Made by a program: the position numbers and the translations under genes. Of a stretch of 64,000 nt of DNA, positions 42,005 to 49,981 are shown piece by piece (positions within the stretch are counted from its first letter, which is position 1; every line of letters begins with the position of its first letter). The notes under the pieces are model-generated. The model was not told the origin of the DNA and did no database searches. It worked only from the letters and a program-made list of their open reading frames with translations. The stretch is from Trueperaceae bacterium (lineage in GTDB: Bacteria; Deinococcota; Deinococci; Deinococcales; Trueperaceae), in NCBI GenBank assembly GCA_034520945.1, contig JAXHNB010000001.1, positions 64,001 through 128,000 of the forward strand. The letters are read 5' to 3'.

Positions 42005-42808
42005 GTGACCGAGTTCGGACGCTTTGCCGCCCGCGTGGCGGTCGCCCTCGGGCTCATTGCGGGGATCGTCGGCGCCGCCATGGCGCAGGACGATCCCCAC
42101 CCGGGGCAGGCGGTGTTCGAGCAGCACTGCACCACCTGCCACCAGTCCGACGGCCAGGGAATACCCCCTACCTTTCCGGCGCTGGCGGGGAACGACTTCG
42201 TCACAAGCGAGCCCGCCGCGGTCGTGCGCAAGCCGCTGGAGGGGCCGGGCGCGATGCCGTCATTCGCGGGCACGCTCACCGACCAGCAGATCGCCGACGT
42301 GCTCAGTTACGTACGGTCGACGTGGGGCAACGACGCACCGCCGGTGAGCGCCGAGCTGGTCGCCGAGGTGCGGGCCGAAATCGGGGCGGACCCGGCGCCC
42401 GCGGCCGAGGACGACGCGTCCGACGGCGACTCGGACAAAGAGGCATTCGCGTGGCAGGAACTCGGCGCCGACGTCTTCGCCAGAAACTGCGCAGCATGCC
42501 ACCAGGCGGACGGCGGCGGCATCGAGGGCATCTACCCCGCCCTCGCGGGCAACCCGTTCGTCCAGTCCGGCGCCGAGGACGTCGCGCGCGTGCCGCTGAA
42601 CGGCCGCGCGGGCATGCCCTCTTTCGGTGGCGAGCTCTCGAACGAGGAGCTCGCTGCGGTGGTGTCGTACATCCGCAATAGCTGGGATAACGAGGCTTCG
42701 GTGGTAACGCCGAATCAGGTCGCGCAGCTGCGAAGCGGTGCGGACGGCGACGAAGAGGAGGAGGAAGAGCCGCGCGATCCCCGGGAACGGCCGGGCGCTG
42801 CGAACTGA
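42005..42808 (+). CDS. Exported dihaem cytochrome c
   Basis: Signal peptide; CTTCH and CAACH, each followed by MPSF...YxRxxWxN. Confidence 0.9.
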   Translation: MTEFGRFAARVAVALGLIAGIVGAAMAQDDPHPGQAVFEQHCTTCHQSDGQGIPPTFPALAGNDFVTSEPAAVVRKPLEGPGAMPSFAGTLTDQQIADVLSYVRSTWGNDAPPVSAELVAEVRAEIGADPAPAAEDDASDGDSDKEAFAWQELGADVFARNCAACHQADGGGIEGIYPALAGNPFVQSGAEDVARVPLNGRAGMPSFGGELSNEELAAVVSYIRNSWDNEASVVTPNQVAQLRSGADGDEEEEEEPRDPRERPGAAN

Positions 42809-42834
42809 ACACGGTGGGCCCGCGGTGCCTGGAC

Positions 42835-42862
42835 GGGGCTGCAGCCGACCGGTTGCGGCCCC
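42835..42862 (+). terminator. Hairpin downstream of cytochrome c
   Basis: GGGGCTGCAGCC-GACC-GGTTGCGGCCCC stem with G-U pairs. Confidence 0.4.
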
Positions 42863-43121
42863 GCCATGTTGTCGCGGCCTCGCCCCCGCAGGTGGTTGCC
42901 GTGCCACACGGGCTTGCAATAGTTCTCACGAGGCAGGGGGCGCGAGCTCGTGCGCATCGCGAAGCATCGCGTCTAGCAGCGCGCAAAATTCGTTGTGGAC
43001 GCGCCTTGTGCCGCCTGGCCGGCGAGAGATCATCCAACCTTGTGTAAGTGGACACTACAGACCTACCGGGCTGGCATGCTAATGTGAAACCAAGTCTCGG
43101 AGAAGTTGGGAGGTGAAGACT

Positions 43122-43193
43122 ATGTGGACCAAGCCCACGTTCAAGGAGATCTCTACCTGTGCGGAGATCACTGCTTACGCGTACGTCAAGTGA
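43122..43193 (+). CDS. pqqA: PQQ precursor peptide PqqA, copy 1 (MWTKPTFKEISTCAEITAYAYVK)
   Basis: 23 aa, WxKP N-terminus and E-x3-Y motif; GGGAGGT RBS; upstream of pqqBCDE. Below the ORF-track cutoff. Confidence 0.95.
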   Translation: MWTKPTFKEISTCAEITAYAYVK

Positions 43194-43263
43194 TTGACCG
43201 CGCCGTCCGGTGAGGCGGCATTAGTGTGACACCAAGTCTCGGAGAGAAGGGAGGTGAACCACA

Positions 43264-43335
43264 ATGTGGACGAAGCCTACGTTCAAGGAAATTTCCACCT
43301 GCGCCGAAATTACGGCGTACGCCTACATGAAGTAA
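43264..43335 (+). CDS. pqqA: PQQ precursor peptide PqqA, copy 2 (MWTKPTFKEISTCAEITAYAYMK)
   Basis: 22/23 aa identical to copy 1; own GGGAGGT RBS. Confidence 0.95.
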   Translation: MWTKPTFKEISTCAEITAYAYMK

Positions 43336-43370
43336 GGCGGTTACTCATCACGCGTGAGAACCGCGTACAA

Positions 43371-43410
43371 ACCTCAGGGGTCGAGCCACGGGTTCGGCCC
43401 CGGGTCTTTT
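43371..43410 (+). terminator. Intrinsic terminator/attenuator between pqqA2 and pqqB
   Basis: GGGGTCGAGCC-ACG-GGTTCGGCCCC stem followed by GGGTCTTTT; a second hairpin lies at 43337-43364. Confidence 0.65.
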
Positions 43411-43464
43411 GGCGCGCCGCCGCCTCCCAGCGCTGCGCACGCCCACCGCAGAGGAGCCTAGACC

Positions 43465-44367
43465 ATTCACGTCCGCATCCTCGGAACCGCCGCCGGCGGC
43501 GGGCTCCCCCAATGGAACTGCCGCTGCCGCTACTGCGAAGCGACCCGCCGCGGCCTGCTCGCGCCGCGCCTGCAGGCCTCGCTGGCGTTCTCGCCCGGCG
43601 GCGAGGATTGGTACCTGGTCAACGCCACCCCCGACGTGACCACCCAGATGCTGCACGCCGCGTCGCTGTACCCCCAGGAAGGCATCCGGCACACGCCGCT
43701 CCAGGGCGTGTTGCTGACCGACGCGGAGTTGGACCACACGCTCGGGCTGCTGCACTTGCGTGAAGGAGCACGCTGGTCGCTGCACGCGACACGGGGGATG
43801 CTGGACTGCATGGCGCGCGGCTTCGACGTGGTGCCTTCGCTCAGGCGCTATGCCGACATCGACGTGCAGGAGGTCCCCCTGGACGCGCCCCGCACGTTCC
43901 GCGAAGGGGACGAAGCGATCCGTGTGCGCTGGCTGGAAACGGACCGCGACCCGCCCCTGTACACCGGCGCCAACGACGAAGTCGGCGGCGCGGGCTGCGC
44001 ACTGGTCCTCGAGGACGAAGGCGATGGCGGCAAACTCGTGTACGCGCCGGGCGTGGCGTTCGTGTCGGACGCGTTGCGCGCCGCGTGCGAGGACGCGGAT
44101 GCGGTGCTGTTCGACGGCACCTTCTGGACCGGCGACGAGATGCAGCACGTGACCGGCGGTACGCGCGATGCACGCGCCATGGGCCATTTGGCCATCGACG
44201 GGCCCGACGGCTCGGCCGCGTTCCTGGCCGAGCTGCCCGCGGCCACCAAGCGCTACGTCCACATCAACAACACCAACCCGGTGCTCGATGCGAGCTCCTG
44301 GCAGCGCGCGCGCCTGCGCCAGCAGGGCCTCGACGTGGCCGAGGACGGGGAGGAGCTGATCCTGTGA
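43465..44367 (+). CDS. pqqB: PqqB (metallo-beta-lactamase fold), ATT start
   Basis: (M)HVRILGTAAGGGLPQWNCRCRYC, NATPD, DAELDHTLGL, DGTFW, MGH, HINNTNP. In-frame TAG two codons before ATT; GAGGAG 8 nt upstream. Confidence 0.93.
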   Translation: MHVRILGTAAGGGLPQWNCRCRYCEATRRGLLAPRLQASLAFSPGGEDWYLVNATPDVTTQMLHAASLYPQEGIRHTPLQGVLLTDAELDHTLGLLHLREGARWSLHATRGMLDCMARGFDVVPSLRRYADIDVQEVPLDAPRTFREGDEAIRVRWLETDRDPPLYTGANDEVGGAGCALVLEDEGDGGKLVYAPGVAFVSDALRAACEDADAVLFDGTFWTGDEMQHVTGGTRDARAMGHLAIDGPDGSAAFLAELPAATKRYVHINNTNPVLDASSWQRARLRQQGLDVAEDGEELIL

Positions 44368-45068
44368 CGGACACACCCACGAAGGGCGGCCTCGAGGCGC
44401 GCCTGCACGACGTGCTGGAGCGGCGCTACCACCACCTGCACCCGTTCAACCAGGCGATGCACGCCGGCAGGCTCACACCGGAGCAGCTGCGCCAATGGGT
44501 TGCGAACCGTTTCTACTACCAGCAGAACATCCCCGTCAAGGACGCGCTGCTGCTGTCCAAGCTACCGACCGAGTACCGGCGCGAGTGGATCGGCCGCATC
44601 CACACCCACGACGGGCGCAGCGCCGAGGAGGGCGGCCTCGAGACGTGGCTACGCCTGGCCGAGGCGACCGGCCTGGACCGGAAGCCGGTGCTCGACAATT
44701 CCATGGTCTTCCCCGGCGTCCGCTTCGCCGTGGACGCCTACGTGGGCTTCGTGCGGGACCAGCCGTGGCTGGACGGCGTCGCCTCTTCGCTGACCGAACT
44801 GTTCGCGCCACGCATCATGAAGACCCGCACCGGCGCGTTCCTGGAGCACTACGACTGGATCGAGTCGGACGGCCTGCAGTACTTCCGGGACCGGCAAACG
44901 CAGGCGCCGCGCGAGGCGGAGCAGGCGCTCGCGATCGTCCAGCGGCACGCCACCACGCCCGAGCTGCAGGAGCGCATGGTGGCCGCGCTGCACTTCAAGT
45001 GCGACGTGCTGTGGGCGCTGCTGGACGCGCTGGACTACAACGTGCCCGGCAGTGATGTGCTGTCATGA
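44364..45068 (+). CDS. pqqC: PqqC
   Basis: YHHLHPF, WVANRFYYQ..IPVKDA, RFAVDAY, SSLTELF, FKCDVLW. Confidence 0.96.
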   Translation: MTDTPTKGGLEARLHDVLERRYHHLHPFNQAMHAGRLTPEQLRQWVANRFYYQQNIPVKDALLLSKLPTEYRREWIGRIHTHDGRSAEEGGLETWLRLAEATGLDRKPVLDNSMVFPGVRFAVDAYVGFVRDQPWLDGVASSLTELFAPRIMKTRTGAFLEHYDWIESDGLQYFRDRQTQAPREAEQALAIVQRHATTPELQERMVAALHFKCDVLWALLDALDYNVPGSDVLS

Positions 45069-45343
45069 CCCACGTGCCCGAACGCCCTCGCATGGCGCGG
45101 CGCGCCCGCATGCGCTACGACGACACGCGGGAGAGCCACGTCCTGCTGCTGCCCGAACGCGTGGTGATGCTCAGCGAGAGCGGCGCCGAGATCCTCGGCC
45201 TGTGCGACGGGGAGAGGACGAAGGACGACATCGTCCAGGAGCTTAAGCGACGTTACCCCGACGCCGACCTCGAAGGTGACGTGCAGGAGTTCCTGAAGGA
45301 GGCGTTGGAGAGACAATGGTTGGAACCGCCCCCCAAGACGTGA
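45065..45343 (+). CDS. pqqD: PqqD peptide chaperone
   Basis: VLLLPER, ILGLCDG; operon position. Confidence 0.92.
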   Translation: MTHVPERPRMARRARMRYDDTRESHVLLLPERVVMLSESGAEILGLCDGERTKDDIVQELKRRYPDADLEGDVQEFLKEALERQWLEPPPKT

Positions 45344-46452
45344 AGCCCGCGAGCGGCGTCAAGGCGCCGTTCAGCCTGATGGTCGAGCTGACGCACCGCT
45401 GCCCGTTGCACTGCGTCTACTGCTCGAACCCGCTGCAGATGGACCAGGTCGAGAACGAGCTCTCCACCGAGGCGTGGCTGAGCGTGATCGACCAGGCCGC
45501 CGACATGGGGGTGCTGCAACTGCACTTTTCCGGCGGAGAGCCCATCATGCGGCGCGACTTCCTGACGTTGCTGGAACGCGCGAACGAGCGCGAGCTGTTC
45601 ACCAACCTGATCACCAGCGGCATCGGCGTGACCGACGCGATGCTGGAGCGGCTGGTGGAGTTGAACCTCGGCTCGTTCCAGCTCAGCTTCCAGGGAAGCG
45701 ACGAGGCGATGGTGCAGGAGGTCGCCGGTGGACCGTTCTGGAAGAAGAAGATGGAGATCGGCCGCAAGGTCCGCGACGCCGACCTGTCCCTGTCGATCAA
45801 CACCGTGCTGCACCGCAAGAACCTGCACCAGGTGGGCGACCTGATCGAGCTGTCCGCCGAGCTGGGTGCGGAACGCCTGGAGCTGGCCAACACGCAGTAC
45901 GCCGGGTGGGCGCTGTTGAACCGCGATCAGCTGCTGCCGACCCGCGCCCAGTTGGAGCAGGCGTCGGCCGAGGTCGAGGCCAAGCGGGAACGCTACGGCG
46001 ACCGGATGGAGATCATCTGGGTGGTGCCCGACTACTTCGACGACTTCCCCAAACCCTGCATGGGTGGGTGGGGCGATTCGCTGTTCAGCCTGTCGCCCGA
46101 CGGCACCATCATGCCGTGCCTCTCCGCACGCGTGATCCCCGGCTTGGAGCTCCCCAACGCGCGTCAGCACGACCTGCGTTGGGCCTGGTACGAGTCGCCG
46201 GCGTTCAACGCCTTCCGCGGTCACGACTGGATGCAGGAGCCGTGCAGCAGTTGCCCCATGCGCTTCCAGGATCACGGCGGCTGCCGCTGCCAGGCGATGA
46301 TGATGACTGGCGACCCGAATGCCACCGACCCCGCCTGCATCTACTCGCCGCATCGACACGAGATCGACGAGGCCCGGGCGAAGGCCGAAGCGCAGGAGGC
46401 GCCGGCCGGCGAGGCGCAGTACCGCCGCCTCGAGGGTCCGGCGGGTGACTGA
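45316..46452 (+). CDS. pqqE: PqqE radical SAM/SPASM enzyme
   Basis: ELTHRCPLHCVYCSNP, ELANTQYAGWA, PKPCMGGWG, GGCRCQA. Start could be GTG 45340. Confidence 0.96.
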   Translation: MVGTAPQDVKPASGVKAPFSLMVELTHRCPLHCVYCSNPLQMDQVENELSTEAWLSVIDQAADMGVLQLHFSGGEPIMRRDFLTLLERANERELFTNLITSGIGVTDAMLERLVELNLGSFQLSFQGSDEAMVQEVAGGPFWKKKMEIGRKVRDADLSLSINTVLHRKNLHQVGDLIELSAELGAERLELANTQYAGWALLNRDQLLPTRAQLEQASAEVEAKRERYGDRMEIIWVVPDYFDDFPKPCMGGWGDSLFSLSPDGTIMPCLSARVIPGLELPNARQHDLRWAWYESPAFNAFRGHDWMQEPCSSCPMRFQDHGGCRCQAMMMTGDPNATDPACIYSPHRHEIDEARAKAEAQEAPAGEAQYRRLEGPAGD

Positions 46453-47546
46453 GCCTGCGCCGGGTCGCTCCGGCGCGACGAGCGAGGAGCCCGATTCGGC
46501 GGGCGCGCAGGTCCTGATCGACGGGCACCTGGACCTCGCCTTCAACGCGATCACCAAAGGCCGCGACCTGACGCTGCCGCTGGACGAGCTGCGGCGGCGC
46601 GAAGGGCTCAGAGCCGCGAAGGAGGCGATGGTCACCCTCCCCGAGCTGCGCATTGGCGGGAGGGATGGACGTCGTGGTCGCCACGATCTTCGTGCTGCCC
46701 AGCCGGCATGCGGACCGGCCCGGCCCGAAAACCGCCGACGACGACGCCGAGGCCGGGGCGCTGGCCTGGGAGCAACTGGAACTGTACGAGCGCTGGGAGG
46801 AGGAGGGCTGGCTCCGCCTCCTGCGGAGCCGGAAGGACCTCGACACGCACCTTGCGCGCCCGCGCGCCGAGCGCCTGCCCGGCGCGGTCGTCCTGATGGA
46901 GGGCGCGGCGCCCATGCGCGACCCCGCGGACGTGGCGTACTGGTTCGCGCGCGGCGTCCGCGCGCTCGGCCTCGCCTGGAAGCGCACGCGCTACGCCGGC
47001 GGGACGGGCGAACCCGGCGGACTCTCGGCGGAGGGCGAGGAGCTGATCGACGCCATGACGCATCACGGCGTGGCCCTGGACGTCAGCCACCTGGCGGAGG
47101 AGGCGTTCTGGCAGGCGATCGAGCGGCATCGTGGGCCCGCGCTGGCCAGTCACAGCAACGCGCGGGCGTTGGTGGACACCGACCGGCAGCTCTCCGACGC
47201 GATGCTCAAGGCCATCGGCGCACGCGACGGGGTCGTCGGCCTGGTCCTGGCGGACAAGTTCCTGCGCGCGGGCGGAAACCGCGCCCTCGGTCCGGGCGAA
47301 GCGCCGGTCTCCCTGGACGACGTGGCGCGCCAGGCGCAGCACCTGGCGGGGCGCGTCGGCTGGCCTCGTCTGGGCGTGGGCAGCGACTTCGACGGCGGCT
47401 TCGGGCGCCAGGAGACGCCGGTCGAGCTCGACCGGGGCGCGGACTTCACGCGCCTCGGCGATGCCGTGCCGGCCGAGCACCGCGAGGGCTTCCTGGGCGG
47501 GAACTGGGCGCGCTTCCTGCGGCGCGCGCTGCCCGCCGCGCGCTGA
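46445..47546 (+). pseudogene. Membrane dipeptidase (M19), frameshifted by a GGGA duplication at 46658-46665
   Basis: IDGHLD in the first frame; MEGA, DVSH, SHSN, GSDFDG in the second. Removing one GGGA restores ELRIGGMDVVVAT. Confidence 0.8.
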
Positions 47547-47654
47547 CCCCGCGACCGCGAATTGGGCCCGCCCGCACGCGTGCTGGACTCGCCGCCAACG
47601 CCGCCGCGGCGGGGCCTTCGTCGGCCCCGAGCCCGCCCGGCCCAGGAGGTACGC

Positions 47655-48972
47655 ATGAGCGCGATGGAGACCCGCAGCCGCATGGCGGAGCTACGCGAAC
47701 GCCAGAAGCAGGCACTGTTCCCGATCCAGTCGAAGATGCTGCTCTACGGCGAGAAGCCCCTTGCCGTCGACCGCGCCGAGGGATCGACCGTGTGGGACGT
47801 CGAGGGCAACGAGTACCTCGACTTCTTCGGAGGCATCCTCATGGTGAGCGTGGGGCACGCCAACCCCGAGGTCGTCGAGGCCACGCATCAGCAACTCCAA
47901 CGCGTCCAGCACACCAGCGCGCTGTTCATCAACGAGAAGACCATCGAGGCCGCCGAGCGCATCGCGGAGGTCACGCCCGGGCGGCTGCGCAGCTGCTTCT
48001 TCACCAACTCCGGCAGCGAGGCCGATGAGACGGCCGTGATGGTCGCCCGCATGTACACCGGCAACACGGACGTGATCGCGCTGCGCCACGCCTACTCGGG
48101 ACGCACGGGCACCGCGATGAGCCTCACCGCGCAGAGCAATTGGCGCCTGGGCGGCGTCTTCGACGGCTCCATCAAGCACGTCCGCAACCCGTACCACTAC
48201 CGCGCGCCCCTTGATCTGGACGAGGACGAGTTCCTGGAGCTGTGCGCCCAGGACCTCGAGGAGACGATCGCGACCTGCACCAACGGCCGTATCGCCGCGT
48301 TCATGGCGGAGCCGATCCAGGGCGTGGGCGGCTTCGTGGTGGCGCCCCAGAAGTACTTCAAGCGCATCGAGCCGATCGTCAAGGACGCCGGCGGCCTTAT
48401 GATCATCGACGAGGTGCAGACCGGCTGGGGCCGGACCGGCACCCACTGGTGCGGCATCGAGCACTGGGGCATCGAGCCGGACGTGATGACCTTCGCGAAG
48501 GGCATCGCCAACGGCTTCCCCGTCGGTTGCACCATCACCACGCCCGAGGTCGCCGCTGCCGTCGACGGGCCCTCGCTGTCGACCTTCGGTGGCAACCCCG
48601 TGGCGATGGCCGCGACGCTGGCGACGCTCGACGTGATCGAGAAGAACGACCTGCCCGGCAACGCCGCCCGGCAGGGCGCGCGCCTCCGCGAGCGGCTCGA
48701 CGGCTTGCAGGCGCGCTACCCGTTCATCGGGGAGGTGCGCAGCATGGGCCTCATGCAGGGGCTGGAGCTCGTCGTGCCGGACAGCAGCAAGACGCCCGCA
48801 TCCCGCGCGCACGCAGGCGCTCACCGTCGCCGCGCGCAAGCACGGCCTGATCATCGGAAAGGGCGGGCTGTACGGCAACGTCATCCGCATGGCGCCGATG
48901 CTCAACAGCGACGCCGACGAGATCGACCGCGGCGTGGGCCTGCTGGAGGCGGCCCTCGGCGACGTGGCGTGA
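47655..48972 (+). pseudogene. Class III aminotransferase copy 2, +1 frameshift near 48799
   Basis: Close paralogue of 37000-38370. CCCGCATCCC should read CCC GAT CCC; GLIIGKGGLYGNVIRMAPML continues in the shifted frame to TGA 48970-48972. Confidence 0.85.
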
Positions 48973-49089
48973 TCCCCGCGCGTCCTCCTCGCGACGGGCG
49001 CGCTGGATACCGTACCCGACGCACGCGTCAGGATTCTGTGACGAACGCGTAAGTACGCCGTTGCGCGCCCTTCCGTAGGCTCCGACCAT

Positions 49090-49981
49090 GGTGCGTCGTG
49101 ACGAAGCTACGTTGTCTTCCCGGTTGGGGAGTGCGCTTGCTTCTTGCTGCACGTCTCTTGCGGGTGTGAGTCCCGTCCCGGTAGGTGTCGGAGCGCCGGG
49201 TAGCAGGCCCCAGGTGTTTGGGGGAGACCCCTTCGCCCGAGCGGGGTGTCGAAAGCCTGTGAGGCGACTTCGGTCGTTGAGTGGGGAGCAAGCGCGCGGG
49301 CCGCAACATGAAGTGAATCCTGCAGCCTCGTTAGAGTCACAATCCGGAAGCCGAGCCGCTCATGTCACGGTGAAGGCCACGTCTGGCACGCTTGTTCCGA
49401 AGCGCGTGTTGGGTTCCGGCGGGGTACGGGGAGCAGCACGCGTGCATAGAGGGGTGTGGAACTCGAGAGGCCCGTCTCGGTTGCCGTTGCCGCGGCAAGG
49501 CGTTTCGTATAAGTCAAGGACGAAGTCGAGCGCTGCCGAGCGGGAGTCCGAGGGGACCGTAGTACTGTTGTCTGCCTTGTGTGGGTGGGCGCGATGGTCG
49601 TGTGGCAGAACGCGGCTGGAGGGAAGGGTCCCTGCGGTGGTTGGTGTCGTTGATGTGGGTAAGCGCGAGGGCATGGCCGGCTGGACCGGTTCTAACTACC
49701 CCCTGGGGCTCTGGTCTCATGGTGAAAGCGCGAGATCTGCGGAGGCGACTGTGGGTTGGGGCCAACTGGCCGTTCCAGGCGTGCGTTCATGCTGTTGTGC
49801 CAACTTCTTGGGGTGGCGCCCTGGGGAGGGTGTGAAGGCGTGTTTCTGGGCGGGTTGGGTAAAGCCTCGACTTGAGCGGCCACCGGAAAGCCGTGTGCGG
49901 GAAATCCGCACGCACGGTTTGAACGGGGGTCTTGACTACCATGCCCGCCGTAAGGCGCGGAAGGAGTAAGGATCTACCAAT
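49090..49981 (+). mobile_element. ORF-less (RT-deleted) group II intron at the start codon of the GGDEF-EAL gene
   Basis: GTGCG at 49091; domain V AAGCCGTGTGCGG-GAAA-TCCGC-AC-GCACGGTTT (49888-49920) with AGC triad; domain VI with bulged A 49976; ends CCAAT. Only a short trace resembling the start of an intron-encoded protein remains (~49660-49765). Confidence 0.9.

Noticed and set aside
43075..43335. Two ~140-bp repeats as a CRISPR or non-coding repeat array
   Set aside because: Differences fall at third codon positions of a PqqA reading frame; only two units; no cas genes.
43254..43763. 169-aa ORF in the track
   Set aside because: Off-frame overlap of pqqA2, the terminator and pqqB.
43122..46452. 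Peptide + PqqD + radical SAM as a novel RiPP cluster
   Set aside because: The E-x3-Y peptide plus clear PqqB, PqqC and PqqE motifs identify canonical PQQ biosynthesis.
49088..49969. 293-aa ORF as an ordinary protein or reverse transcriptase
   Set aside because: No YADD or other RT motifs; it coincides with ribozyme structure. Kept only as a translation-through finding.
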